Below are positions 1 to 8,982 of a stretch of 64,000 nucleotides of DNA, in pieces. The stretch comes from Massiliimalia sp. (lineage in GTDB: Bacteria > Bacillota > Clostridia > Oscillospirales > Ruminococcaceae), in contig JBMNPJ010000010.1 of the NCBI GenBank assembly GCA_050943535.1, positions 28,916 through 92,915 of the forward strand, given 5' to 3'. The stretch's first letter is position 1; every line of letters starts with the position of its first letter. The position numbers and the translations under genes were made by a program. The notes beneath the pieces are model-generated. The model was given only the letters and a program-made list of their open reading frames with translations, was not told the origin of the DNA and made no database searches.

Positions 1-420
1 CTGGTGCTTTTCTTCCAGCTGACAGAGTACGAACGTAGTGGCATTGCCCCACCGCCAGGTGGTTAGCGCCGCAGCGCTTTCCAAAAGTGTCGTTTAGTAT
101 AGATGTGTAAACAACTCTTGTGGGTGTAGAGAAAGCCTTCGGCTATCTCCAGGGGCAGGCCGACTAACTATATATTTCCGGAAGACGCCCCTCTGGTGTG
201 CTTTTCATCCAATGCTTTTGCACATCAAAAGCATTGGTGCAGGTGTGGGCTGCATAAGCCCACTATTAAGTGGCGGACTCGGTCCGCCACGGCAACGCCG
301 GTGCCAATCATCTTCCATGTGTACGATGTTAGGAAATTAAAAACTATTTGATATTTTCGATTTACTGATAGAGTATGCACCGTAGGCGGTTGGTACCGGG
401 TACTGTCCGACGGTTGTATA
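1..420 (-). repeat. Composite intergenic repeat element, partial at window edge
   Basis: Contains the reverse complement of the module ggggcgtgctccggaaatat..gttagtcg..ctgcccc..gaaagcgctgcggcgctaa (62-190) and ctgacagagta arms (19-42, 365-387) shared with seven other loci. Confidence 0.85.
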
Positions 421-481
421 TGTTTCACAAGGCTTGTCCATAAAAATTTCCGGAAAGTCTATTCTCAAAATCCATGTTTTG

Positions 482-524
482 TGCTATACTGAAAACAAAG
501 GTGGCTCGTGTTCGAGCACGAACA
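482..524 (+). promoter_or_regulatory. Extended -10 promoter element (TGcTATACT, 482-490) and downstream inverted repeat TGTTCG-N4-CGAACA (509-524), possible operator
   Basis: Motifs read directly, upstream of the RBS aaggag and ATG 562. Confidence 0.45.
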
Positions 525-561
525 AACACATAAACGGAATTAATAAAGGAGTGCAAAACCT

Positions 562-2085
562 ATGGCTTATTTATTGGGAATTGACGTGGGAACTTCCGGG
601 ACAAAAACCGTTCTGTTTTCCGAAGACGGAAAAGCGGCAGCGTCTTATACGGTAGAATATCCTATGAGTCAGCCGAAAAACGGATACGCAGAACAAAATC
701 CAGAAGACTGGTGGAATGCGGCAGTACAGACCATTCAGGCAGTTTTGGGAAAATCCGGCGTAGATCCGAAAGAAGTAAAAGGGATTGGGATTTCCGGACA
801 AATGCACAGTCTGGTAATGCTGGATAAAGACGGGAAAGTAATTCGTCCGTCTATTTTGTGGTGCGATGCCAGAACCGGAGAAGAATGTGCGGAAATCACC
901 GAAATCATCGGTGCAAAACGGCTGATTGAAATTACTGCCAATCCGGCATTGGCTGGATTTACCGCAGGAAAAATCCGCTGGGTACAGAAGCACGAACCAG
1001 AAAATTATGCAAGATGTGCTCACATTCTGCTGCCCAAAGACTATATCCGCTATCAGCTGACCGGCGAATTTGCGACCGAAGTATCTGACGCTTCCGGAAT
1101 GCAGCTTTTGGATGTGCCAAACCGCTGCTGGTCTGATGAAGTGCTGACCAAACTGGGCATTGATAAGGGCTTGCTGGGCAAAGTCTATGAATCTCAGGAA
1201 ATTACCGGTACTGTTTCTGCTTCTGTGGCAAAACTCACCGGTTTGGCAGAAGGCACCCCAGTGGTAGGGGGCGCTGCTGATAACGCAGGAGCCGCAGTGG
1301 GCACCGGCGTAGTGCGCAACGGAAAGGCATTCACCACCATCGGTTCTTCCGGTGTTGTATATACTCATTCTTCTAAAGTCGCTATTGACCAGGGCGGCAG
1401 AGTACACACCTTCTGTTCCTGTGTACCAGGCGAATGGCTGGTCATGGGATGTACTTTAAGCGCTGGCATGTCTTTGAAATGGCTGAGAGATAACTTCTTT
1501 GCAGCAGAAATGGAAACTGCCGGCCGTATGGGTGTTGACCCGTATTATCTCATGGACAAAGAAGCAGCTCAGGTGGAAATCGGTTCCAACAAACTGATTT
1601 ATCTGCCATATCTCATGGGCGAACGCAGCCCGATTTTGGATCCAAACGCCAGAGGCGTGTTCTTTGGTCTGTCTGGAATGCATACGAAGAAAGAAATGCT
1701 CCGTGCCGTTATGGAAGGGGTTACCTATTCTCAGCGTCACTGCATGGAAGTGATTAAAGCAATGGGCGTAGAGTTCAGCGAAATGCTGGCATGCGGCGGC
1801 GGTGGTTCTTCTCCTCTGTGGCGCCAGATGCTGGCAGATGTATATGGCATTCCGGTTATGACTCTGGAAAACCGGGAAGGTCCGGCAATGGGTGTTGCCA
1901 TCCTTGCAGGGGTAGGCGCCGGCATTTACGACAGCGTAACTTCTGCCTGCGACCAGCTGATCCGAGTAAAAGACCAGCATGCTCCGATTCCGGAAAATGT
2001 AGTGGAATATGAAAAATTCTATCAGCTGTATACCCAGATTTATCCTCAGCTGAAAGAACAGTTTGCAGCGCTGCAAAAACTGTAA
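562..2085 (+). CDS. xylB: FGGY-family sugar kinase, xylulokinase-like
   Basis: GIDVGTSGTK, GQMHSLV, PSILWCDAR, PYLMGERSP and GGGGSSPLWRQMLAD motifs; RBS aaggag. Confidence 0.85.
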   Translation: MAYLLGIDVGTSGTKTVLFSEDGKAAASYTVEYPMSQPKNGYAEQNPEDWWNAAVQTIQAVLGKSGVDPKEVKGIGISGQMHSLVMLDKDGKVIRPSILWCDARTGEECAEITEIIGAKRLIEITANPALAGFTAGKIRWVQKHEPENYARCAHILLPKDYIRYQLTGEFATEVSDASGMQLLDVPNRCWSDEVLTKLGIDKGLLGKVYESQEITGTVSASVAKLTGLAEGTPVVGGAADNAGAAVGTGVVRNGKAFTTIGSSGVVYTHSSKVAIDQGGRVHTFCSCVPGEWLVMGCTLSAGMSLKWLRDNFFAAEMETAGRMGVDPYYLMDKEAAQVEIGSNKLIYLPYLMGERSPILDPNARGVFFGLSGMHTKKEMLRAVMEGVTYSQRHCMEVIKAMGVEFSEMLACGGGGSSPLWRQMLADVYGIPVMTLENREGPAMGVAILAGVGAGIYDSVTSACDQLIRVKDQHAPIPENVVEYEKFYQLYTQIYPQLKEQFAALQKL

Positions 2086-2098
2086 TCAAAAGGATTCT

Positions 2099-2345
2099 CC
2101 AACCACCTGGCGGGCAGTGCCCGCACCCAATGACGCTGCGCTCGCATTCTGCCAGCTGGGTGATAAAAACAAGCGATTTCCACTTTGCCGACAAAGTTTG
2201 AGCCGAAGGCGGGCAGTGCCCGCATCCAATGACGCTGCGCTCGTATTCTGTCAGCTGGGTGATAAAAACAAGCGATTTCCACTTTACTGACAGAGTATGC
2301 GCCGTAGGTGGTTTTCGCCGGTCAGTACCGGACACCGTCCGGAAA
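2099..2345 (+). repeat. Two tandem ~99-bp copies of the palindromic repeat module
   Basis: gacgctgcgctcg at 2132 and 2231; arms ctg(c/t)cag...c(c/t)gaca around a 32-nt loop. Confidence 0.9.
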
Positions 2346-2429
2346 AAATAATTGAGATGATTACAAGGGACGCTGCAAGCCGTTTTTATGGCGGCGTCCC
2401 TTGTTCGATTTACAGAAAGGCGGGTGCTT

Positions 2430-4400
2430 ATGATGAAGCAACTTTCTCCCCGACAGATTCATTTGGATTTTCATACCTCCGAACACATTCCTCACATTGG
2501 GTCTGATTTTGACCCAAAAGCTTTTGCAAAAACAGCCAAAGAAGCATATATCAGCTCCATGACCGTGTTTGCCCGGTGCCATCACGGCTGGCTTTATTAT
2601 CCTTCCAAAAAATTTCCGGATCGGATCCATCCCAATCTGGAATATCCTAATCTCTTATTAGATCAGGTGCGGGCGCTCCATGCAGAAGGGATCAAAGCGC
2701 CGGTTTATATTACAGTGCAGTGGGATTATCACACAGCCACCACCCATCCGGAATGGCTGATTCGCAAACGGGATGGTTCCCATGAAGGCGGCCCGTTTAC
2801 CGAACCAGGATTTTATCAGTCTTTGTGTGTCAACACCGGCTACTGGGAGTTTCTCAAAGAACAGACCGCGGAGGTCTGTGAAATGCTGGGCGACGAATTG
2901 GACGGCATCTTTTTTGACATTGTAGGAATTCGCCCCTGCCTGTGTGCTTCCTGCCGGGCAGAGATGAAACAGCGGGGCATGGATCCAGGCGATGACCGTC
3001 AGGTACGGGAATTTGCCGTGATGGTGATGAACCGGTTTAAGGAAAATATGACCGCTTTGGTGCGGCAGTACAACAAGGACTGTACCATTTTTTACAATGC
3101 CGGTCATGTAGGCCCCTGCACCAAAGAAAGCCGGGAAGCCTACACTCATTTTGAACTGGAAAGCCTGCCTTCCGGTGCGTGGGGATATCTTCATTTTCCG
3201 GTGACTGCCCGCTATGCCAGAACCCTGGGAAAAGACTGTATGGGTATGACCGGAAAATTCCATACTGAATGGGGAGATTTCCACAGCTTAAAAAATCAGG
3301 CGGCGCTGGAGTTCGAGTGTTTCCGCATGCTCAGTTTTGGGTTTGCCAGTTCCATCGGCGATCAGCTGGAACCCTTTGGCCGGCTGAATCCTGCCGCGTA
3401 CCGACTGATTGGCAGGGTATACCAGCAGTTTGCTGAGCGGGAAGAATGGGCACGTCCCTCCACTCCGCTGGTAGAGGCGGCAGTAGTAACGCCGGAATCT
3501 CCGCTTTATGAACAGCAGATCCCGGAAAGCGTTATGGGTGCGGTACAGATGCTGGAAGAACTGGCAGTGCAGTTTGATGTGATCGATCCCCAGATGGATT
3601 TAGAACGGTATCCACTGATTATTCTCCCGGATGATTTGGTAGTAGACCATGAATTCCAGCAAAAACTGGAACAGTATGTATCCCGAGGCGGTCGGGTAAT
3701 CGCCTGTGCCAAAGGGGGACAGAATGAACAGGGAGAATATCCTGCCTGCTTTGGTGCCAAGTCCATGGGTGCTCAGCCAGTTTATCCGGACTTTATTGTT
3801 GCTGAGGGAGAACTGGCACAGGGCTTGGAACCGGACAATGAATATGTCATCTATCTTCAGGGAGAAAAACTGGAGCTTTCAGGAGGAGAAGTCCTGCTGT
3901 CTGCCCGGGCGCCTTATTTTAAACGGGAAAAAGACTGGTTCTGTTCTCATCGGTATACTCCGTCCGCCAAAGGAGAACGCTATCCTGCCGCTGTGCGCAA
4001 TGGAAATATCATTGTGTTTGGTCACCGGATTTTCGAACAGTACCGGGCAAACGCACCGTTCTGGTGTAAAAAGCTGATGGAAAACGCCGTCAATCTGCTT
4101 TTGTCCAATCGGTTGGTGACCCACAACGGACCATCTACCATGACGGTGAGCCTATTGGCACAGCCGGAAAAAGAGCGGGTAAATATTCATCTGCTGTCCT
4201 ATATTCCGGTTCGGAAAAGCGCTACCATCGACCTGATTGAAGAGCGTACGGTGTTGAGAAATGTTACCCTGAAACTGAATCTGCCGGAAGGATTTTCTTC
4301 TGCCCGGCTGGTACCGGAAAACCGGGTGATTCCAGTAGAGGGAAATACCATTACCCTTGAAGAAATCAACGGTTATGCCATTGTAGAATTGACCAAATAA
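2430..4400 (+). CDS. Putative glycoside hydrolase, GHL6-like TIM barrel with C-terminal beta-galactosidase trimerisation-like domain
   Basis: N-terminal QIHLDFHTSEHIP..VFARCHHGWLYYPS and ELESLPSGAWGY typical of this uncharacterised family; RBS gaaagg supports ATG 2430 rather than 2388. Confidence 0.65.
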   Translation: MMKQLSPRQIHLDFHTSEHIPHIGSDFDPKAFAKTAKEAYISSMTVFARCHHGWLYYPSKKFPDRIHPNLEYPNLLLDQVRALHAEGIKAPVYITVQWDYHTATTHPEWLIRKRDGSHEGGPFTEPGFYQSLCVNTGYWEFLKEQTAEVCEMLGDELDGIFFDIVGIRPCLCASCRAEMKQRGMDPGDDRQVREFAVMVMNRFKENMTALVRQYNKDCTIFYNAGHVGPCTKESREAYTHFELESLPSGAWGYLHFPVTARYARTLGKDCMGMTGKFHTEWGDFHSLKNQAALEFECFRMLSFGFASSIGDQLEPFGRLNPAAYRLIGRVYQQFAEREEWARPSTPLVEAAVVTPESPLYEQQIPESVMGAVQMLEELAVQFDVIDPQMDLERYPLIILPDDLVVDHEFQQKLEQYVSRGGRVIACAKGGQNEQGEYPACFGAKSMGAQPVYPDFIVAEGELAQGLEPDNEYVIYLQGEKLELSGGEVLLSARAPYFKREKDWFCSHRYTPSAKGERYPAAVRNGNIIVFGHRIFEQYRANAPFWCKKLMENAVNLLLSNRLVTHNGPSTMTVSLLAQPEKERVNIHLLSYIPVRKSATIDLIEERTVLRNVTLKLNLPEGFSSARLVPENRVIPVEGNTITLEEINGYAIVELTK

Positions 4401-4401
4401 A

Positions 4402-4432
4402 AGCAGTCTGTATTTGGGGGAAAGACGGTTTT
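4402..4432 (+). terminator. Intrinsic terminator after the glycosidase gene
   Basis: aagcagtct/agacggttt stem followed by a T run. Confidence 0.5.
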
Positions 4433-4444
4433 TATGGGGTGCCC

Positions 4445-4474
4445 TTGACAAAAAGGACTTGTTTGGTGTACAAT
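4445..4474 (+). promoter_or_regulatory. sigmaA promoter TTGACA-N18-TACAAT with no downstream + strand CDS
   Basis: Near-consensus -35 (4445-4450) and -10 (4469-4474). Confidence 0.7.
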
Positions 4475-4480
4475 GAACTT

Positions 4481-4607
4481 ATCATAAAACTCTCAAGAGG
4501 GATGACCATCCCGGGCGTCTGTGGACGCTGAGACCCAAGTGATGACTTGTTTGTGAGACAGACCGCAGCGGCCGGAGCAATTCGGCGGATGCGGTCTGTC
4601 TTTTTTA
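4481..4607 (+). ncRNA. Candidate structured small RNA (~127 nt), family not recognised
   Basis: Own promoter, three internal hairpins, 12-bp terminator stem (4556-4567/4590-4601) plus T tract; no ORF with a usable RBS. Confidence 0.6.
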
Positions 4608-4608
4608 T

Positions 4609-4650
4609 AAAAAAATCTCCCCCGGAAGCCTAAAGGACTTCAGGGGGAGA
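4609..4650 (-). terminator. Intrinsic terminator of the kinase/nucleotidyltransferase operon
   Basis: tctccccc/gggggaga stem followed by T7 on the minus strand. Confidence 0.7.
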
Positions 4651-4672
4651 AGGCAAAAACAGGTAAGTGAAA

Positions 4673-5773
4673 TTAACGGTATTTTGCCACAATGGCTTTC
4701 ATTTCATCCCAGTGGCGTTCCATATCAGCAACCAATTTGAACTGGGTGCGGGTACGGTCTAAATTATGGCCTGGACGGGATACTTTAAAGTAGGTGTCCC
4801 CTTCCAGATAGTCGGTCAAAAACCGGATGCCGCATTCCAGGGTCATCATTTTGGCGCCCATAGGCAGCATGTCCAGTTCGGTTTCGGTCAGGCTTCCGTT
4901 ACAGCCAGCCAAAAATCCTTTGGTATACAGTTCAAACAGTTCTAAGCTCAGCCATACTTTGGATAAATCCGGTTCGTCTTCGGCTCCGGTGCTGGCGCCG
5001 AAACGGATAGAGTCTCCAAAGTCGGTGACAGAAAATCCAGGCATGACAGTATCCAGGTCGATGACACAGATGGCTTTTTTTGTCTGATTGTCAATCATAA
5101 TGTTGTTGAGCTTGGTGTCATTGTGGGTTACCCGCAAAGGCAGTTTTCCTTCTTTGAGCAGATCCAGCAGTACATGGGTGTCTTTTTCCCGGGCAAGAGC
5201 AAAGTTAATTTCTTCCTGTACTTCCTTGGCACGTCCCATGGTGTCGGCTTGTACTGCTTCTTTCAGCCGCTGAAGCCGTTTTGGGGTGTTGTGGAAGTCT
5301 ACAATGGTTTCGTGAAGGGTTTCAGCAGGGTAGTCTGCCAGCAGCCGCTGGAAGTGGCCAAATGCCACAGCAGTTTCATAGAAATCTTCCGGAGATTCTA
5401 CCTGGTCATAGGTAGCTGCTCCTTCAATAAACTGGTAAACCCGCCAGTAACCGTCCTGATCGTGGCAGTAGCAGCCGGAATCTTTGGTGGGAACCAAGTT
5501 CATGGTTTCCCGTTCCGGATCGCCGCCGTTTGCAATAATTTTCTTTCTCAGGAACTGGGTGACCCCTACAATATTTTCCATCAGCTGATCTGGGTGGAGG
5601 AAAATGTTGTGGTTCATTCGCTGGAGAATGTATTTTTTAATGGAGCCGTCTTCCAAAGTGCAGCGGATTAAAAAGGTGTCGTTAATGTGGCCGCTGCCGT
5701 AAGAAGTTCCGTCCAGATAGGTGCCTTCCAGCTGGAACATCTGGGCTTTTTCCTGCAAGTTAAAAGAATTCAT
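4673..5773 (-). CDS. APH-fold sugar kinase, N-acetylhexosamine 1-kinase (NahK)-like
   Basis: GSGHINDTF, RVTHNDTKLNN and CVIDLDT motifs. Confidence 0.75.
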   Translation of the reverse strand: MNSFNLQEKAQMFQLEGTYLDGTSYGSGHINDTFLIRCTLEDGSIKKYILQRMNHNIFLHPDQLMENIVGVTQFLRKKIIANGGDPERETMNLVPTKDSGCYCHDQDGYWRVYQFIEGAATYDQVESPEDFYETAVAFGHFQRLLADYPAETLHETIVDFHNTPKRLQRLKEAVQADTMGRAKEVQEEINFALAREKDTHVLLDLLKEGKLPLRVTHNDTKLNNIMIDNQTKKAICVIDLDTVMPGFSVTDFGDSIRFGASTGAEDEPDLSKVWLSLELFELYTKGFLAGCNGSLTETELDMLPMGAKMMTLECGIRFLTDYLEGDTYFKVSRPGHNLDRTRTQFKLVADMERHWDEMKAIVAKYR

Positions 5774-5791
5774 GGTATGGGGTCTCCTTTC

Positions 5792-6712
5792 TCAGTTCCA
5801 AAAATGGGTGGGGTAAACGCCGTCGTCTTTTAATTTCTGGATTGCTTGTTCTACTTTTTCTTTATCTTCCCGGTAGGTGACGCCGTACCATTTATCCTGG
5901 GATTTCAGTACATGAACATCTGCTTTTCCTTCGGCAATTAAATCGCCTACTACTGTGGGCAGGAAGTATTCGCATTTAATTGGGTTAACCGGCAGATTTT
6001 TCTCTAAAAATGCGGCAAACCGCTGGTTGAGCTGGGTCAGAATGCTTTCTGTGAATCCCCACATATTCATGGAAACAATGCTGCCTTCCGGAATGGTAAC
6101 CCAGGTTTTGCCGTCGTCTTCGGTATACTGGGCGCCTTCTGGGTGCTTTTCAATGCGGGTGCGTTCGTGGATGCCGGTGAGCATGTGGTTTTCGTCTACT
6201 TCACAGATTCCTCGTGCAACATGACCGTTTTCGGTGAGGGTGTTTTCCAGAATATAGCCTACCATGGTATAGTGGAATTTTTCGTCATCCTGAGCTTTGA
6301 TCAGGTAGTTGTAAATTTCCTGGAATGCGGTAGGACCGTAGTAGTCGTCTGCATTAATGACTGCAAACGGTGCGTTGACAGTACCCAGACAGCTTAAAAT
6401 AGCATGACCGGTGCCCCATGGTTTGGTTCTGCCTTCTGGAACAGAAAAACCTTCTGGCAGGGAATCTACTTCCTGGAATACATAGGAAACATCTGCAACC
6501 TTTTCCATCCGTTTGCCGATTCGTTCTTTAAAATCGTCTTCGATCTGATGTTTGATAATAAATACAATCTTTTTAAATCCTGCTTTGACTGCATCGTAAA
6601 TAGAAAAATCGATAATCAGGTGACCTTCCCGGTCAACTGGGTCAATTTGTTTTAAGCCGCCGTATCGGCTTCCCATACCTGCTGCCATAATGACTAATAC
6701 TGGTTCTTTCAT
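5792..6712 (-). CDS. Sugar-phosphate nucleotidyltransferase
   Basis: MAAGMGSRYGGLKQ, KPWGTGHA and VINADDYYG motifs. Confidence 0.85.
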   Translation of the reverse strand: MKEPVLVIMAAGMGSRYGGLKQIDPVDREGHLIIDFSIYDAVKAGFKKIVFIIKHQIEDDFKERIGKRMEKVADVSYVFQEVDSLPEGFSVPEGRTKPWGTGHAILSCLGTVNAPFAVINADDYYGPTAFQEIYNYLIKAQDDEKFHYTMVGYILENTLTENGHVARGICEVDENHMLTGIHERTRIEKHPEGAQYTEDDGKTWVTIPEGSIVSMNMWGFTESILTQLNQRFAAFLEKNLPVNPIKCEYFLPTVVGDLIAEGKADVHVLKSQDKWYGVTYREDKEKVEQAIQKLKDDGVYPTHFWN

Positions 6713-6884
6713 CGTAAATCCGCTCCTTTATGTGGGGACTCCTTGGTCCCATCGGGGTTTGTTCCGCTGTTTGTTCATCTGTCTTGATTATAGCTGGAAC
6801 GCAGGGGGAAATCTCTGCAAAATCGTCTTAGAATTAGTAATTTTGTATGATTTTTTATAAATTTACTCTTTAGGAGGAAAGTTG

Positions 6885-7715
6885 ATGAAACAGGCAATAC
6901 AGCTGATTGATATTTTAAAGGAACTTCATAATATTTCCGGGTTTCGCATATCCATTTACGATATTCACCGAAATCAGATTGGGGTGTATCCTCAGGAAGT
7001 AGGACCTTTTTGCCAGTTGGTTCAGCAAAACCCTAAAGCAAAGGAAATCTGCCTGGAAACCGACCGGCAGGCCTTTGAAACCGTGTCCCGCACAGGGGAA
7101 CCCTATGTATACCAGTGTCGGTTCGGGCTGTACGAAGCGGTGGCGCCTCTTTATTATTTTGGAACACCGGCGGGATTTTTAATGATGGGGCAGGCGGCAG
7201 ATACTTCCAGCTCCATCAAAGAGCATTTATACCAGATGGCGCTGCCATACTGCGGCAATCAAAAGCAGCAATTGCTGGCAGCAGTGGAGCAGGTGCCGGC
7301 CAGTACCAAAGATAAAATTTTATCCTGTATTACCATTATGAATATTTGTGCAGAATACATTACTTTGGGCAACAGGATGAATTTAACCGGACAGGATTTG
7401 GCACAGGAGACCTTAAAATATCTGCATGAACATTATTCTGAAAATATTGCCATCCCGGATTTGTGCCGCCACTTTTTCTGCAGCAAAGCGACTTTGTCCG
7501 GGGCGTTTAAGCACACCTACGGCAAAACCATTCACCAGTGTCTGGTGCAGATTCGGCTGCAGCGGGCGCGGGAGCTTTTGGACGACAGCCGCAACAGCGT
7601 GCGGGCAGTGGCGGAACGGTGCGGTTTTTCTGACCAAAATTATTTTTCCAAGGCGTTTTTTCGGGAATTTCATATGACGCCCACCCAGTACCGGAATCAT
7701 CGTCCCAATCCATAA
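6885..7715 (+). CDS. AraC-family regulator with PocR-type sensor domain
   Basis: N-terminal FCQLV..C...D and YQCRFGLYEAVAP; C-terminal AERCGFSDQNYFSKAF HTH; RBS aggagg. Confidence 0.85.
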   Translation: MKQAIQLIDILKELHNISGFRISIYDIHRNQIGVYPQEVGPFCQLVQQNPKAKEICLETDRQAFETVSRTGEPYVYQCRFGLYEAVAPLYYFGTPAGFLMMGQAADTSSSIKEHLYQMALPYCGNQKQQLLAAVEQVPASTKDKILSCITIMNICAEYITLGNRMNLTGQDLAQETLKYLHEHYSENIAIPDLCRHFFCSKATLSGAFKHTYGKTIHQCLVQIRLQRARELLDDSRNSVRAVAERCGFSDQNYFSKAFFREFHMTPTQYRNHRPNP

Positions 7716-7749
7716 AAGGTAGGATGCAGAACAGAAAATTCGTCTTTAT

Positions 7750-7777
7750 TTTACATGAATTTTATCTTTCTTTTACA
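7750..7777 (+). promoter_or_regulatory. Possible PhoP-type box: TTTACA/TTTATC/TTTACA at 11-bp period
   Basis: Hexamers at 7750, 7761 and 7772, upstream of ppx-ppk1. Confidence 0.4.
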
Positions 7778-7977
7778 GTTAAACGGTGGCAAAATTTTGC
7801 AGAATGGTTATGATACAGTTAGGGCAGTTTGTCTGCTGAAAAAATTTAAAATCTTGGGAAAAAATTCCTGTTTTTGCGTGCAAAATACCTGGACCTGTGG
7901 TACAATATAGGTAATCATTTACGGTTTTGCAGAGGCGGAAATGACAGGCAAAACCACAAAACAGGGACGGTGATTGG

Positions 7978-8862
7978 GTGCATAAAATCGGACTAATTGA
8001 TGTGGGTTCCAATACCATTAAAATGGCGGTGTATTCTGTGGAGGGAAAGCAGTTTGTTCAGGACTGGTACCATGCAGAATATGCCTATCTGGTCAGCTGT
8101 ATGGAACAGGGAAATCTGTCTCAGGAGGGGATCCGGCGGGCAGGTGATGTCATCGGGCAGTTTGCCCAAAAAGCAAAAGAGCTAAACTGTGAACAGGTGT
8201 ACTGCTTTTCTACAGCTTCGCTGCGCTGGGTAAAAAACCAGGAGGAGGTCATCCGTGCAGTGCGTGAAACTGCCGGAATCCAGATTCACCCCATATCCGG
8301 GGAAGAAGAAGCCCGGTATAATTTTTTGAGTATGCGGGCGGCGGTAAAAGAAGATACCTTTATTGGCGGAGATTTAGGGGGCGGAAGCGCCCAGCTGTTT
8401 TACTGCCAGCAGGGAAACTATGGGGGATGCGAGAGTTTTCCCATCGGTGCCTTAAAACTAAAAGAGGAATTTGTCGCAGGAGCGTATCCGGACCCAGATG
8501 AGATGGGGCGGATCAAAGATCATGTGAAAAAGACCATTGCTCAGTTTGGAAAAGGTGCGGCATTTTCACGGCTTTATATGATGGGGGGAACCATGCGGCT
8601 TGCCTCACAGCTTTTGGGGGCAAAACAGGGAGAACCTGTTTTGCTGAATCAGATGAATGAACTGCTGAACCGGTATCTGAGTGATCTTTCTGCCATGGAG
8701 CGGGAAGTTTCCGCCATCCAGCCAGAAAGAAAAAACACTATTTTGCCCGGACTGGGAGTTTTAACTGGTTTGGCGGAACAATTAGGTGCCCAGGAGCTGG
8801 TTTATCTTCAGGTAAGTGTTCGGGAAGGACTGCTGATGGATCGGTTTCTTACTGAGTCATAA
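7978..8862 (+). CDS. ppx: Ppx/GppA-family exopolyphosphatase
   Basis: IDVGSNTIK, ISGEEEARY, GDLGGGSAQ and SVREGLL motifs; adjacent to ppk1. Confidence 0.85.
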   Translation: MHKIGLIDVGSNTIKMAVYSVEGKQFVQDWYHAEYAYLVSCMEQGNLSQEGIRRAGDVIGQFAQKAKELNCEQVYCFSTASLRWVKNQEEVIRAVRETAGIQIHPISGEEEARYNFLSMRAAVKEDTFIGGDLGGGSAQLFYCQQGNYGGCESFPIGALKLKEEFVAGAYPDPDEMGRIKDHVKKTIAQFGKGAAFSRLYMMGGTMRLASQLLGAKQGEPVLLNQMNELLNRYLSDLSAMEREVSAIQPERKNTILPGLGVLTGLAEQLGAQELVYLQVSVREGLLMDRFLTES

Positions 8863-8982
8863 AAAGCATCGGAAATGAAGATGTACAGGTTTGGGCAAAA
8901 GGGACTATTTTTGATCATGGTAAAAACAAACCTGTCGGTTTTTGAATAGATAAAAAATCTTTTTGGAAAGGATGAAATTTGA

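Noticed and set aside
509-524. SOS box upstream of xylB
   Set aside because: Half-sites are in the wrong order (GTTCG-N4-CGAAC rather than CGAAC-N4-GTTCG).
2132-2310. Module A as integron attC sites
   Set aside because: No consistent RYYYAAC/GTTRRRY cores, no cassette array and no integron integrase.
2099-2345. Tandem repeat as a mini CRISPR array
   Set aside because: Period is ~99 bp, the two would-be spacers are near identical, the units recur as dispersed elements, and there are no cas genes.
4513-4545. TPP riboswitch (GGG..GCUGAGA..CCC similarity)
   Set aside because: The pyrophosphate-sensor half (GAACCUGA..GCGUAGGGA) is missing and no downstream gene is present.
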